A DNA stretch of 64,000 bases from the human T2T-CHM13v2.0 reference genome, Homo sapiens, in NCBI RefSeq assembly GCF_009914755.1, contig NC_060944.1. One strand, given 5' to 3'. Below, one piece after another: positions 15,742-31,959 of the stretch. The notes below the pieces were generated by a model that worked only from the letters and a program-made list of their open reading frames with translations, was not told the origin of the DNA and did not search any database. Position numbers and translations under genes: made by a program. The stretch's first letter is position 1. Each line of letters starts with the position of its first letter.

Positions 15742-15792
15742 TGACTTCCCGCTGGCCATGACTTCCTACTGGCCATGACTTCCCGCTGGCCA
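15742..15792. repeat. 17-bp x3 minisatellite TGACTTCC(CG/TA)CTGGCCA
   Basis: Units at 15742, 15759, 15776. Confidence 0.9.
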
Positions 15793-15974
15793 TCTCCCCC
15801 AGGTGTCCGCAGGCCCCACAAAGTCAACTTTGAATTGTGGCCATTACCCCTCCCTAATCCACTTGCTTCTCCAAGTCCCAGTGAGATCGTCATAAGACAA
15901 ATATCTGCCTGTGGCTCTTACCTGCTCAAAACCCTTCCACGGCATCCTATTGCCTACAAGATTAAGTCCAAGAT

Positions 15975-16400
15975 GTTGAGCATCTTTTTGTATGTTAATT
16001 TGCCATCTGTTTATCTTCTTTGGGGAAGTGTTTGTTCAAATCTTTTGCTCATTTCTTATTGGGTTGTTTTTTTTTTTAATCATTGAGTTTTAAGACTCCT
16101 TTATAAATATTCTGGATACAAGTTCTTTATCAGATATATGATTTGCAAATGTTTTCTCCCAGTTTGTTGTTCGTCCCTTCATTCTCTCAGCAATTAAAAG
16201 AGCATACTTAAAAAAAATTTGATGGAGTCCAGTTGATCAATTTATTGCTTCATGAATCATGCTTTTATCATTTCGTTCTTTTATGGTGTTGTGGCTAAGA
16301 AATTTTTGCCTGACCCAAGGTTATGAAGGTTGTTCTCTTATATGTTTTATCCTAGAAGTTTTATCATTTTGGTTTTACCCTTTTTATTTTTTACTTATAT
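15975..16400 (-). mobile_element. L1M fragment
   Basis: tattctggatacaagttctttatcagatatatgatttgcaaat. Confidence 0.8.
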
Positions 16401-16899
16401 TTTTATGCCTGAGTTAGAGTTGGGTTTTTGGTATTGCAAAGAAGGGAGACCCTGCTAATATTGTAATCTATTTGAAAGGTGAAGCTTAAAGACCTTCAAT
16501 GGCTCCTCATTGCTCTTGGGATAAAAGTCCTAAACTCCCTAGCATGGCTCAAAGGGCCTGCATGAACTTCCTGGCCTGATTCCCAACCCTTTTCCTTTCT
16601 GGCCCCTCATGGTGCCCTGTGCTCTGGATGTACACACTGAATGGCAATTCCTTGAGCTCAATGCCCAGGGCAATTCTTTCTTGGAGCTTTAGGGCAGGCT
16701 GGATCAGACAGCCAGGCTGAAGCAAGACTCCATTCCCCCTCTCCTCCAGATATGAAGTTGTTTTTTATGTGAGACTACACCCAGGACCCCACTTGAGCAT
16801 CTTCCATTTATTTCTCTTTCCCCCATCAAAGCTGACCCATCCTGAGCCCTGTGCCCTTAGGTTCAGGGTCCCAGTGCACTTCCTCCCAGTCTTTATTTG

Positions 16900-17830
16900 G
16901 ATGTTCTTTTCTGTTTTCCACAGCTGAGATTATATCCTGCATATAATTTGCACCCTGGCTTCTCAGTTGCTGCTCCACTTTTTATATTATAAGAATTTTC
17001 GAGCTTTTTGTAAAAATACAATTAGTGGATGAATAATTGTCCATTTGAGTGGATATAAAATGATTTGCTTAACATTTCCTCTATAGTTGGTTTTTTGGGT
17101 TGCTTCCATTTTTTATTAGAAACAAGGGCATACTACATCTCTTTGTACATAAATCTTTGTCGATTTGAGATTATTTCCTTCTGATGGAGCACCATAAGTG
17201 TAATTACTGGGTCAAAGGCTGTGGTAATTTACATTCCCATCAGCAGTATTGTCTGTTTCATCACACCCTAGCCAGCATGGGGTATTCTCATTAAAATTTT
17301 TTTCTTCACTCTGTGATGGGCAAAATGTGTTATCTCACTGTTGTTTTAATTTACTTTTTAAAAAATAATTAGATATTGGAAAATGGGTTCAACCTATGAG
17401 CCATAAAAAATTAATCTTCTGTTAATTGAGTGTTCATCCCTTCACACTTACCCAGCAGTGATTTGAATTTTTAAAACTCAATTTGTATGGATTCTTAAAC
17501 ACCAAGGATATTAACCCTCTGCATGACATCCTCGGAAGTTGTTTTCAATTTCCACACAGTTAAATCTAAAATTTTTAATCTATTTTCTTCTTATTTTCTT
17601 TGTGATTGCTTCCCTTGCTTTTAAGCTTAGAAGGCTCACTGAGAGTTTGGGGTGAATATTCACTTCTACTTTATTCAAGTGTGATTTTTAATTTAAATCT
17701 TTAATCCATCTGAACTTGATGCTGATGTATGACATGAAGTGAAGAATGAGTGGATTTGCTTTTCCAAATAGCTTAGCGATCGTTCCAACACCATTTATTA
17801 ACTAAGCCCTTCTTTCTTCACTGCTTCATG
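16900..17830 (-). mobile_element. L1ME-type fragment
   Basis: aattactgggtcaaagg, tttacattcccatcagcagt, tctttaatccatctg. Confidence 0.65.
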
Positions 17831-20533
17831 GTGTCCCTTCTTAGCTCTGTGGAGTATGGTAATATTTTTCTGTTATACTGTGTATGGGTTTAATATCCTC
17901 CACCCTCATTCTTCGCCCCACTGTCCAAGCTTCCTGGGTGCATGGTTTTTGGGGTGCTGACATTACATAGAGTCCCTGGCTTGGCCTTTGAGCTCCTCTG
18001 TGGGCTTTTGTGAATCTGTAGCACAAACCACAATTGTGTGGACTATTGTCCACAGGGGAGTCTACAGGAATGAAAGCCATAGCTTTTCAGGACAAGAGCT
18101 GGGACTTGAGAAAGGAAACATTCTAGATTCTACAAAGCTTGGAGGATTTGGAGTTAAAGCTAAAGGAAGAGGCAAAGAGCTTATGCATAGACAATAGATG
18201 GAAAAGACAGTTCACGATGATGGTGGAGCCTGAGCCCCTTGAAGGGGGTAAGAGTTCAACCTGTGGGCAGAAGGAGAGAAATCCAAGGAAATTCAAGCAG
18301 AATATTAGTACTGGCTGGATCCCCCAGAAAAGGCTCATCTTCCAGTCCCTGAACTGAATCCCAAGGGGGAATATGATGGGGTCCCAGACAAGTCTGGGGG
18401 ATTCCAGAGCAGAAGCCTTAAGTCTAACCTGGTGGTTACATCAAGGGGAGCAAAGGCAGCAGAATTCCCTGAGCAGCCTTGTGGAGCCGAGCTGGCACTG
18501 GAGGGTGTCTGGGCTTGGTTGGGGCCAAGAGTGAGCTTGCCGACCCAGGGAAGCTAGGGTTTGCCAAATTCGGGGAGACAGAGCCTGTGGTTACCAGGAA
18601 GTGAGGAGGGACCAGAAGAGGCAAGATCCTGCCAGGCAGAGCAGAGCAGTCTATGTGTCCTGTTGACACTGTGGCATTCACGCCCATCACACACAAGTCG
18701 CCTTTCCCTGAGTCCTGGAGCTTGGACCTGCACCCTGCCACTGTCATCTCATTGATGTAGTTTTGGGTTATATTTTGCTAGCTGGGAAGGCTGGTCAAAC
18801 CTCCCACTCCAGACAGCCTTCTGGTGAATGCCTTCTCCTCATGACCTGCAAACTCCGCTTTCATCTTTCATAACTTTGACTTCTGATTGTGGACTAGATT
18901 CCCCCCGAAGTCAAGTTCTGGACATGAACCTAGTTGGAGCTCACTCTGGGATGTAGAGGGGCTGGGACGCTGGAGTCAGAGGCAAGAGGCACAGAGGTTG
19001 AGTCCGCTACCTGCCACTAGCGTGCCCTGAGGCCTTCCACAGCTAGTGCCCTGTGCAGAGTCTCATTTTCCTGCTTTGCTTCTCCGTGGAATCCCTGTCA
19101 GCCTCGTGGGGTTTGTGAGGATCATATAAAACTTAGCTCTGACTCAACTGTGTAAACTGTGAAGTCCTGTGCCCACGCTGGGGTGGGTGATCCTGGTTCT
19201 CCCTCCTGAGCAGACCTCCTGTCCCATACCCCATCATCCCTGCATGACAAGGATGCCAACCACACAACCTTCTCCTCCAACTCTCCTGGCCCCTCCTTCA
19301 CTCTGCCGTGCAAAATTAAGCAAACACACGGAATTTGTTTGTTTCGATAATCACAAACTCTTTTTGGCTAAAAATTTTTGACCTCCCATTTCAGACATTT
19401 TATTTCAAATCAGAAAATATTTGTTCAACAGCCCCAGTTGGCTGCTCCAGACTGGGGAGGATTCCAAAACGAATGAGACAGGGTCCTGGCCATGGAGTGG
19501 GATGAAATTCCTGCCAAAGGGAGACACAGTTAAAACACAAAGGTCATATACAAGTTCCCAGACAGAAAGTGGGACGCAGATTACTCAGTAAAAGGCCAAT
19601 CGAGCGCTGTCCCAGGAGGTTGGATGTGTGTTACCGCCAGGGTGGATCCCTCTCGTCCATGTGGCCTCATTTCCTTGGAGGCCTCATTTAGCTAATTGCC
19701 TCTGCTCCACAGTAACTCATATCCCACAGGTACCTTCCTTTGGGAAAATTAATATGCAAATGTTGCCCTTTTATTAAAACCAAAATGAAGCAAAAAATTC
19801 TGCCCCCCTTTGTTGACTCTCCTCTCTTGACAGATAGACCCTGTATCAACCTTGCTCCTGACCCACCCCTCCGCATCCCCGAAAAACTGACAAACGGCCC
19901 TGAAGGCCAAGTCCAGGGTCACCAATCAACTTTTACCTCCCCTGAGCTCCCTGCCACTGCCACTGTGTCCTTTTGGAAACTCTCTTCCATGGGCCGCAGG
20001 GAGTCCCCCCTGCTGCTTTCCTCTCTGGTCCTTCCTTCTTGGTGTCCTCTTCCCTTACCCAGCCACCTGAACCCGAGTGCTCGCCTGGGCTCAGCCTCTG
20101 TCATCTGCTCATTCCTCTGCACTCTGTTCCTTAATCTCACCCATCTCTGAGCTGCTTCAACACCGCCTCCACCCCGGCTTGGACCCAAAGCCTCTGCAAT
20201 GTCCAATTCCAGCCCAAGTTCTCCTATGGACTCCAGAAGCCACAAGTCCCAAAGGCACCTCATGCTCAACTGACTCAACAGACAACTCTTCTCATCCAAA
20301 TATGGTGCTTCACCAGAGTCCCACATCTCATGGAGAGATGCCACCAGCCAGTAGACCCAGGAGACGCCTGGCATCTTCCTCCACAGCTCACTGGCTCTCA
20401 CCACCTACCTCCACAGTCCAGCCTCAAGCCTGGAGACTTCATCTCCCAGTGGCTCCTGGGCCCTTCCAGTTCTCTTCAGCTCCACCCCCTCCTGCACTCC
20501 TGCCATCGCTTCCTCGCTAGAAGCCAGAGTGAT

Positions 20534-21049
<516 letters not shown>

Positions 21050-21699
21050 CAGAGTGATACTTTCAACATGCAAATTGGAACAAGTCATTGCCATGCTTAA
21101 ATGTCTCCAAAGACTCCCCAGCATTCTTGGAATAAAGCCCCAAACCTTTCCAGCTGGCTGGCTCTTCCATTCAGATTTTTTACCCTGCTTCCCCTCATCC
21201 ACTGTGTTCCAGCCTTACTGGCTTTCTTCCCCTCCCAGAACACACTCTGCCCCTCCCACTGCTGGGCCTTTGTCTGGGCTGTTTCCTCTGCCTGGAATGC
21301 TCTTTCTGATTCCTCCTAGCCTGGTTGATACCCACTCATCTTTCAGATCCCTTCTGGGGGTCTCCTCACTGTTTTCAGCACCACACACTTGTCCTTCATG
21401 AGTATCAGTGTTGCTAATTATCCTTTTATTCATGTAATTAATTCACATCTGTTTCCCCTTTTAGGGGAAGCAACAGGAGCCCCTTTTAGACAATAAGCTC
21501 CACATGGGCAGGGATGTGTGTCTGTCTTTTTCACATGGTCTCATCAACAACTAGCCAGCACACAAGAGGTGCTCAAAAAATATGTGTGGAATTGAGTTGA
21601 AAACTTTCTCTTGACTCCACATCTCACTTTCGAGCTCCCAGACAATCTTTCTCTAAACTTTTCTAATTATCAAAACTTAATTATCTAAACTTCTGTAAA

Positions 21700-22022
21700 A
21701 GGGCTGTCTTCACTGACTATCTATCATCCTCAGGCACTGCAGTCGGGGTTCTGCTCCATCACACCCCTGAAACTGCTCTTGCTGAAGGCTCCGATAACCT
21801 CCTAATTACCAACTTGAGTGGGTGTTTTTCCAACCCTGTCTTATTGGAATTCTCTGCAGGGTTTGATATTGTTGATCACTCTCGCCTTCTCGAAATGCTG
21901 GGCTCTCTTGGTTTCCATGACAACACCCTCTCCTTGTTTTTAACCCGTCTCTATGACGACTTTTCCTTCCCAGTCTCATTAATCAGAACCTCTGACTCAA
22001 CCACCCTTAAAATGTTAGGGTC
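21700..22022 (+). mobile_element. L2 fragment, reverse transcriptase region
   Basis: Translates VLLEFSAGFDIVDHSRLLEMLGSLGFHDNTL, matching the LINE RT motif LLDLSAAFDTVDH.LLL..L..LG. Confidence 0.8.
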
Positions 22023-22024
22023 CT

Positions 22025-22400
22025 GAACATTTGATATTGTAAAGATGTCAATTCTCTCAAAATTAATTTAGAAATTCAATGTCTTCCCATCAAAATCCCA
22101 CTAGGATGTTTTAATGGAACTTAATAAGCTGATTCTAAAAGTCATATGGTACAGGAGATGGGCAAGAATAGCCAAGATAATTTTGAGAAAGAAAAACAAG
22201 TGGTGGAACACAGTAGGGGAAAAAGGACTGGATTTGCCCTACTAGGTAGCATACGACAAAGCAACAAAAGGATTAAACAGTGTGGCAATGGCACAGGGAT
22301 AGACACACTGACCTACAGAACTGAGGAGCTCAGGATTTGACCTGTGTCCAGAGGGAATTTGCCATATACTAGAAAGGGCATTTCAAATGATGGACATTGG
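22025..22400 (+). mobile_element. L1 ORF2 remnant
   Basis: aaagatgtcaattctc...aagctgattctaaaa...aatagccaagataattttgagaaag. Confidence 0.8.
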
Positions 22401-22624
22401 TCACCAGGAGCTTGAAGCTCCCTCCCTGTTCTTTAGCTCTGAGGTTTTTTGAAGAAGGCCCACCCAGGCAGCCTCCTCATGCAGAACCATTTTCTTTCCT
22501 TTCCTGCCCAACCCCTCCAAGCCCTCACCCCTTCAAAAATTGCCTGATGCAGGTACCGTTTCCTTAAGACCTAGCTCTTATTTTTTTCTTCTTTTTCTAT
22601 TGTAAAAAGAAATACATGGATGGA

Positions 22625-22679
22625 TGAGTATATTGTATTCATTATATTGGTTAGATGGTGAGTATATTGTATTCATTAT
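22625..22679. repeat. 34-bp period tandem duplication
   Basis: tgagtatattgtattcattat at 22625 and 22659. Confidence 0.8.
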
Positions 22680-23764
22680 GTTATTCTTGTTCTCTTCTGC
22701 ACTTTTGAAATATATTATCATATTTCTCTAACAGTCTAAGCAAAATAAATAAGGGAAAAATGAAATATATTATCATAAAAACAGCGATATCCAAATATGG
22801 CAGAAAATTTGGAGAGAAGTAAGTCATGAAGAACTAAAACATCTTGACAAGAATCCCAACATCCATTGTCAAGTTCTGTAAAAATGCGCCGGAAAAGCAC
22901 ATCTCTTCTTAGCCTTTTTAATGCATTTATTTACAATAGATGCTTTCATTGTATGTAATTTTGCACCATCCTTTTCCATTGATTATATGCTAAACATCTC
23001 CCCATATTAGTCAACTTCCTTTGTAATTATTATGTTTAATGGCTGCCTAATAATCCAGTTAATGAATGGAACATAATTTGGTTAACTGTTCTCCTGGAGC
23101 TGAAGATTTTGATAACTTCCTTTTTTCTTTTTTGCTATGACACCTAAAGCCACAGTGCACATCTTTCTGCAGAAATCTTTGGGCATTGCTTTAGAGCACT
23201 TCTTGGGATGAGCTTCCTGCAAATGGAATTACTGAGTCAAACAGTACGAACCTTTTTGAGGCTCTTCACACATCTTAAACAAATTGCCTTGTAGAAAGAT
23301 TTTGCCACTTCACAGTCCTGCCAGCTGTGCAAGAGAGGGCCCATGCCACCGGGGCTGAATGAGCTCTGTGAGCTCTTGCTTTGTAAAGTACTCATTCGAT
23401 GGGCCAAAAGTGGTATCCCTGCATTCAAATTTACATTTATTTTATTATGAGTAAGTTCAACATTTTCAACTGAATTTGACTTTTGAACTTCATCTTTCAT
23501 AAATGGGCTCTTACAGCCTTTTATCACCCCAATGTTTCATTATGAAAATTCTTACTGCCTCTGTGAATGTTTTATTTATGAGAATTTCCAACACACAGAA
23601 GCTTTACATTTCCTATAGTCAATTATATTTATATTTTCCAGCACAGTTCTCTGTATTGCTGTAAATGCTACAATGGCCTTCCTCGACCATAGTTTGGATA
23701 ATGAATCATTTCCAGTTTTTTCTAGTTATTACTATGCTTTCTTTTTTTTTTTTTTTTGCATTTA

Positions 23765-24111
<347 letters not shown>

Positions 24112-25206
24112 TCAATTAAAAAGTAAAGAAGACAAAAAAAAAATTGAAAAAAATTTAAATAAATCACAGGACATTGATGTTGGTGGTTGGTATAAAGAGA
24201 GATAAATAATTGCTTTTCGTTTCTGAAATAGATAAAATAATTTTCCAGCCTCACTAAGTGACAAATCACTTCATTCCCCCTGCCTGCCCCCATTCATTTG
24301 CAGTGCCTCTGCTCTCATAAGTCATAGAATTAGACATTCTAGGGATCTGCATCTGGGCTTTCTATTCTGTTTCATTGAGATGTCTTTCTTTCTGTTACAA
24401 AATAATGGTTATTTTGTTTTGTTTTATTCTGCAATGTCTGTTAGGGTTAGAACACTTGAAATCTCTGTTTCATATCAGATCACTTCCCCAAGCATCTAAC
24501 TCCCACACCCAATTTCCCTTTTGGTAATCTAACCTTGAATTTCCCATAGCATGACTTTTTTACACAATACATGTTTTTCTAGCTACCTCCTCTCCCTGGA
24601 GATCACATGGTATTGTTGTGCTCCATAGGGGCAGGCCAGTGGTGCACTCAATCCTGAAATCTTGGAGGCACGGTCAGGAGATATGGCTTTGAGCCACATC
24701 CCTGCCAGTCATGCACTGTGTTGGGCCCTCCCCACGCTACTTTGTCTTGGGACATCTCAGCTTCCTTTTCTGTGAAATGGGGTTGTCAAGACCACGTGAG
24801 ATAGAGAATGTCAATACAGCCTTATTCTTCACTCAACAAATGTGTGCTAGGTGCCAGGGATAAAAGAGCAGCCAGGGTAGAAATTGTCTCTGAAGAAACA
24901 GCCTTCAAGGAGCTTACAGTCTATTAGGGGAGAGTCCTCTAAAACAGAGGAAAAGGCAGTTGCCAAAGAAGTGATTGCAAAGGCTGTGGAGGAAGCAAAC
25001 AGAATGTGAGGGAGAGCATGGGGTAGGAGCCCCACTTTAGATGGGTGGTTGGGGAGGGTCTCTCTTGGGAAACATTTAAGCTGAGCCCAAAAGTCTGAGA
25101 AGAGGGTGGTGGGAAAGTGGTTTCCAGGTATGAGGAGCAATGGGAGCCAAAGCTCTAAGAGAGGAATGAGCTTGGTGCACTGGAGGACTAGAAGAATTTG
25201 CTTATG

Positions 25207-25530
25207 GGTCGGGTGCGGTGGCTCATGCCTGTAATCCCAGCACTTTGGGAGGCTGAGGCGGCCGGATCACCTGAGGTCAGGAGTTCGAGACCAGTCTGAC
25301 CAACACGGTCAAACCCCATCTCTACTAAAAATACAAAAATTAGCTGGGTGTGGTGGCACACGCCCGTAATTCCAGCTACTCAGGAGGCTGAGGCAGGAGA
25401 ATCGCTTGAACCTGGGAGGCAGAAGTTTCAGTGAGCCAAGATCGCAGTACTGCATGCCAGCCTGGGCGACAGAGCAAGACTCCGTCTCAAAAACAAAACA
25501 AAACAAAACAAAACAAAACAAAACAAAAAA
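25207..25530 (+). mobile_element. Alu with (CAAAA)n tail
   Basis: Alu consensus. Confidence 0.95.
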
Positions 25531-26179
25531 AGGCTACTCTGGCTGCTCTGTGGGGGTTGGATTATTGGGAAGAAAGTTAGCAAGTACCTGCAGTGACCAA
25601 GCAAGAGATGACGGCTTGGACTGAGCCATTGGTCATGATGATGGAGTTGGTTAGGAGGTAAGATCAACTGACCTTTCCATGAGATGTTGCAAGAGAAGAA
25701 GGCAGAGATTCTAGGGGACCGCTAAGTGTCTCCCAAAATAGGAGACATCAGTCAAGAACAAATTTGCAGAAGAAAGATTAGGAATTTGAATTAAAGAGCA
25801 TAATGAAGTGAAAAAATAACAAACCAAGAATTTCATTTGGGATATGTTGTTGATGTCTGAGATGGTTGGCCATCAGGTTCTGGAGCTCAGACGAGAGATC
25901 AGGGCTGGATCTGGAAGAAGATGTAGAGAGGAAGATGGGTGTGTTGGACTGGAGCTTAAAGGAGCCCAGTGTGGACTATCAGTTTTGGGAATCAGCCTCT
26001 AGGAGAGAGGCAAAGCTTCAAGGATGCATGAAGTTGAGGGAAAAGGTGCACAGTGAGAGGGAAGGCTGGAGTCTGAGCCCTGGGCAGCACCAGCATTGGA
26101 CAGGGGAAGGGGAGCCTGAGAAAGAGGGGAAGACAGGGAAAGAGAGTCCCAGAAGCCCATGAAGGAACATTTCCAGAAA

Positions 26180-26791
26180 GAGAGTGGCCACTGGTGGGCC
26201 ACATGCACAGAGGTCAGTGGAGGCTCAGGCATCTCCTAGACCTGGCCTTTGGGGACTTTTGTCACAGCAACTTTGGGGCAAGGGGCAGAAGCCCCTGTTG
26301 GTGTTGGGGGAATGAACTGGGTCTGGCTGAGAAAGGAGGGAGGAGGGTTGGAGCAGGCAGCAGGTCCAGGAAGGAGCTGATTCTTCCAGGAGACATGGGA
26401 GGGAGGAAGCAGTACAAGCCCAGTTGGAAGAGCAGGGCAGGGCAGTGAGAGGGGCCCTGGAGCTCTGGGATTAAGTGTAGAGGTGAAGGGATTAGCAGTG
26501 TTGGTGAAAAGGGACAAAAGTAAATTATGTACATTTTAGCAAGTAACCTGATCTCCATGTTCTTTGGGAGGCCTTTTCTCTGCCCTCTGGGTACTGACTC
26601 CAGCTCTAGTTACCACTGGTTTCATCTGCCTCATGGCTGGGGCAATGTCTTTCTCATTTTCTTGTACCTTTCAGCACCTAGCGACAGGCAGCCAGCTAGG
26701 TAGGAGCAGAATAATTATTTTCTGCTTGAAACCCAGTGTCTGAAATGGAGATTCAGAAGTTTTTCTTTGTACCAAAAATACTTTGTGACAA
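26180..26791 (+). repeat. Inverted repeat arm A (pairs with 45681-46291)
   Basis: Near-identical reverse complement; same chance ORFs (MEIRLLAKMY..., MGHMHRGQW...) on opposite strands. Confidence 0.95.
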
Positions 26792-27220
26792 CCCTGAGGA
26801 AGTGAGATGACAGGGAAGGAGGTGTTGGGGTACATGGGGATGGAAGGGCTGGAGGGCTGGAAATGTCACCAGGTTAATTTCATGGCTGGGCACCGGGAGA
26901 TGTGATTGGCAGGGGAGGAAGGGCTAGGACTACTCACCCCACACAGGCCTATCTCTTCACAGCCGATGTGACGCTGCCCAGTGGCCTGGCCTCCCTCAAC
27001 CTGTTCACTGCTGCTATTCTTTCCAATAAACTCCATTGCCCAATCCAACAGACTTTTCCGTCTTTAACTCACTTGGCCTGGCGGGAGCATCTGACATAGC
27101 CAACCACTCCCTCATAAGAGTGGCTCTCCTTGGCTTCCATGACACCAACATCTCCCAGTTAACCTCCTGCCCCAGTGGCTGCTGCTCCTGCCTCTCCACC
27201 ACTTGCTGCCCACTATGTAA

Positions 27221-27600
<380 letters not shown>

Positions 27601-28060
27601 TCTTTGCATCTTTGTCTGTATTCTCATCCTGAGTGATTACTAATGACTCTAATTTCATGCCCTCAGCTCTGCCCTCTCAAGGGCATACCACATACCCAAC
27701 TACCCCATGACAGCTCAATCCGAATGTGAACTGCTCCCCAAAACTACACCCTCCACCTCCCACCCTCACTTGTCTTCCCCTTCTCTGCAAACGGCCCAAC
27801 CTTCAACCCAGTTTCCCAAACCAGGTTCTTCAGCATCACCTTGGCTCTTCCATCGTCCTCTCCCCTCCCATCCAATCCCAGCAAATCCTGGCAGTTCTGT
27901 CTTTGGGGAATCTTGCCCAAGATAGCCTTCTCTCCACCCTACTGCCCCATCCTGGTTCCAGCCACCTCCCATCTCTCATCTTCTTACTGTGATGGCCTCA
28001 CAACTTTCTTTTCTTCCTCCTTGCCCATCCACTTACCACACCGAAGAGCAGACTTCTTAA

Positions 28061-28492
<432 letters not shown>

Positions 28493-28938
28493 TTTCTTTC
28501 ATTTCTGATCATTGGCATGGTGGACACAATGCCTGGAGTGACTACTGCCATCCTGTGACTGTGGGGACAGGAGCCCATATGCTGAGCTTGGGAGAACTGA
28601 AGGATGGACAGAACATGGGTCCTTAATGACATTACATTTGTCTCCCTTGGGACTTCTCATTATATGTGACAATAAATGTCTCACTGTTTAAACATTTTTG
28701 AGTTAGGTTTTCTGCCACTTGTGTCAAAATCACCTTTGCTGATAAGTGCCTCAGCCCTAATGGCCTTCTGGCTCCTGGAACATGCCACCCTCCTTCCATG
28801 GAGCTTCACCCCTGCTGTTTCTTCATGTGTCCTTCTCATCCTCATTAACCTCCATGCCCCTGGTTGAATGTTAGTTCTCTGATATAGCAGGGTTCCTCCA
28901 TGCCACCTATCACAGTTTACAATTATGGACTTCTTTAC

Positions 28939-29259
28939 TTTTTTTTTTAATAATTTTTTTTGAGACAGAGTCTTGCTCTGTCACCTAGGCTAGAGTGCAG
29001 TAGCTCTCTACATCATAGCTACAATCATAGCTCACTACAGCCTCATCTCCCAGGCTCAAGTGATCCTCCCATCTCAGCCTCCCAAGTAGCTGGGACTACA
29101 GGTGCGTGCCACCACACTCGGCTAATTTTTTTGATTTTTAGTAGAGACGACATCTCACTATGCTGCCCAGACTGGTCTGGAACTCCTAGCCTCAAGTGAT
29201 CCTTCCACTTCGGCCTCCCAAAGTGCTGGGATTACAGGCGTGAGCCATGGTGCCCGGTC
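28939..29259 (-). mobile_element. Alu (J-like)
   Basis: Alu consensus; TSD ctttact. Confidence 0.92.
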
Positions 29260-29750
29260 TCTTTACTGGCTTGATTAACATCTGGCTCCCCCACTGGTGT
29301 GGCAGCTCTACACAGGCAAGGCCTAGGGCTGTTTTTGCTCACCATTGTGTACCCTCCCACTGTGAAGGCCAGAGAGCTTAGACAAGTTCACTTACTCAGC
29401 CGGGGACCTGGTAGGGGAGAGAGACAGTGCATTCCAAAGGATTAAAGTGAAGCTAATTTAATGAAAGGACCATTCACAGAGTGTAGCAGGCTCCAGGGTT
29501 GATCAAGCACCCAGGGATGAGCAACAGCTGGAAGCTATCACACTTCTAGGTTTGAAGAGATGAGAGAAGGATATGGGCTTTCGGAACCTGGAGAGAAAGC
29601 TGCTGCTTTCAGAAAGAGACCCCACCTGTGGCCATACGAAAAGGAATGCAGACACTGCCAACCCACAGCCAAAGGAAGGTGGCCAGAGAAGCTCACTCTC
29701 CTCCCTCTCTCCAGCGTCTCCTTGTTTCCTCCATTGGTCACACTCAACTA

Positions 29751-30215
<465 letters not shown>

Positions 30216-30699
30216 ATAGAAGCCAGAAGGCATGGAGTCTGGGTAGTATTAAGGTTGGCCTCCCAGGCACAGAACAGGATGGAGGATAGAGTATGGCTCT
30301 TGGAGGGGACAGCAAAGGCTATCCGGACCAGTCACCAAATGACCTCCTAGCTACTCATTTCAATGCACCCTTTTCCTTTCTTAACCACCCTACAGAATTT
30401 GATAATCAATTTTAACTTTTTCAGGATCAGAAAGTGCACCACAAAGGTCTTTTCCATGCTTTGCTCTCTTCCCTTGAGACATCTCCAATCAGACCCACTT
30501 GTTTCCTTTCAGCCGGGCTCAGAGGATAGATCCCAGCTCACTTACAAGTCTTTCTTCTTTTCATCCTCATCCTCTTTCAAGACCAGGAAATTCTAGGGTT
30601 TCTCCTGTTTTCAAAAACCCTCCCTTGATCGCTCACATTTTTCTTGCTACCATTCAACTCCTTCCCTAGTCATCCAACCTTCTCTAAGGAAGGTTCTGC

Positions 30700-31860
30700 C
30701 ACTCCTCCACCTATTCAGTCCGTTGACCCTGGGGAAGCTAGCTTTTACCCCTTTGCCCCCAAAACAGTTCCTGCCAAGGTTCATAGGAGCCCCCGATTGC
30801 TGGATTCAAAGGACTTTCTGCTTCTTATTTTTCTGAGATTCGGGGCATCGAGCTGTGGTGATTACTTTCTCCCTGAAACTCTTCCCTATCTTGGTTGCTA
30901 TGGCAACCTCCTCTCCTAGTTATTTGTCTCATTGCTCAGGTCCTTCCTTTTCCTCTCTCCTTTGTCACCCACCCACACCTCCGTCAGCCCCTCACATGTC
31001 TCCGGGACTCATGATGCTATGAGCTCTCTCCCATCTTCCCTCTACACTCTCCACCTCCCATCTTCCCTCTACACTCTCTGCCTGATGGTCTTGCTCATTC
31101 CTGGAGTCCCATTAACTTCTGTCCCCAGGTTGGTCCCTCCAGTCAGATTTCTTCCTGAGTCCCAGCTCTGGCATCCAGCTGTCTGCTAACCTCCTCCTGG
31201 CTGTACCCCCGGCCCCTCATCTCTACTTCTCTGAGACTGAGCCCATTCCCCCCACCCAAACTGGCTACCATGCTGTGTTCCCCATCTCAAGCACCTCCTC
31301 ACCATCTGCCAAGGAACCCAAAGACACACGAGAATCACCCTTGGTTCTACCCTCTCTCTCACCCCAACAGCCAACAATCCTTATGCATTTCTGACTTTAT
31401 TTTCTAAATTGGTCTCCCTGCCTAGAGACTATCTTCTTCCAAATATAGTCTTCACACTGACCATCTCAGTGGTCTTCCCAAATAACAAATCTGAATGCAT
31501 CACTCTAGTGTAAAAACTTTCAACAGTGCCCAGTGACTGCAGGACAGTGTCCAAACTCCTTGACATGGGGGCATCCAAGGCTCTGCAGGGTCTGGTCTCT
31601 GTCCACTTCATCTTGCTCTTCCCATCCCCTCCTTCTTTTGTCATAGTCCAGGAACACCAAATACCCTCCAGCTCACTCCTGCTGCTCCTCATTCCCAAGG
31701 CTATGCTTGTGCTGTTCCCTCTGTTTAAAAGGTCTTTCCAGTTCCTTCTAGCTTGCTCATTCCTGCTCATCTCTAAGGAGATAAGTCACCCTAAGACCAA
31801 TGGTCACCTCTTCTGGAAAGTTCTGTGCATATTTATGTTTCGTTACTGCACTTACCATAC
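30700..31860 (+). mobile_element. L2 (similar to 44400-45300), with 27-bp tandem duplication at 31028-31081
   Basis: L2 RT-region motif; ctcccatcttccctctacactctc x2. Confidence 0.7.
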
Positions 31861-31959
31861 TGTACTATGATGGTCCATTTAAATGCTGTGTAGTAGGATC
31901 ATATTTTATATATTATTTGATGTGCTTCCCCACCCCCCACCACACTTCCTTGCCCATCA

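Noticed and set aside
18139-18357. 72-aa ORF MEDLELKLKEEAKSL... with protein-like composition
   Set aside because: No ATG start, no recognisable homologue, no pseudogene hallmarks; a tblastn search would be needed to revisit
21814-22026. Reverse-transcriptase-like peptide
   Set aside because: Fossil L2 fragment, not an intact gene
24907-24928. aaggagcttacagtctattagg, similar to miR-28-5p/miR-708-5p
   Set aside because: Ordinary antisense L2 3' end with mismatches and no partner arm for a pre-miRNA hairpin
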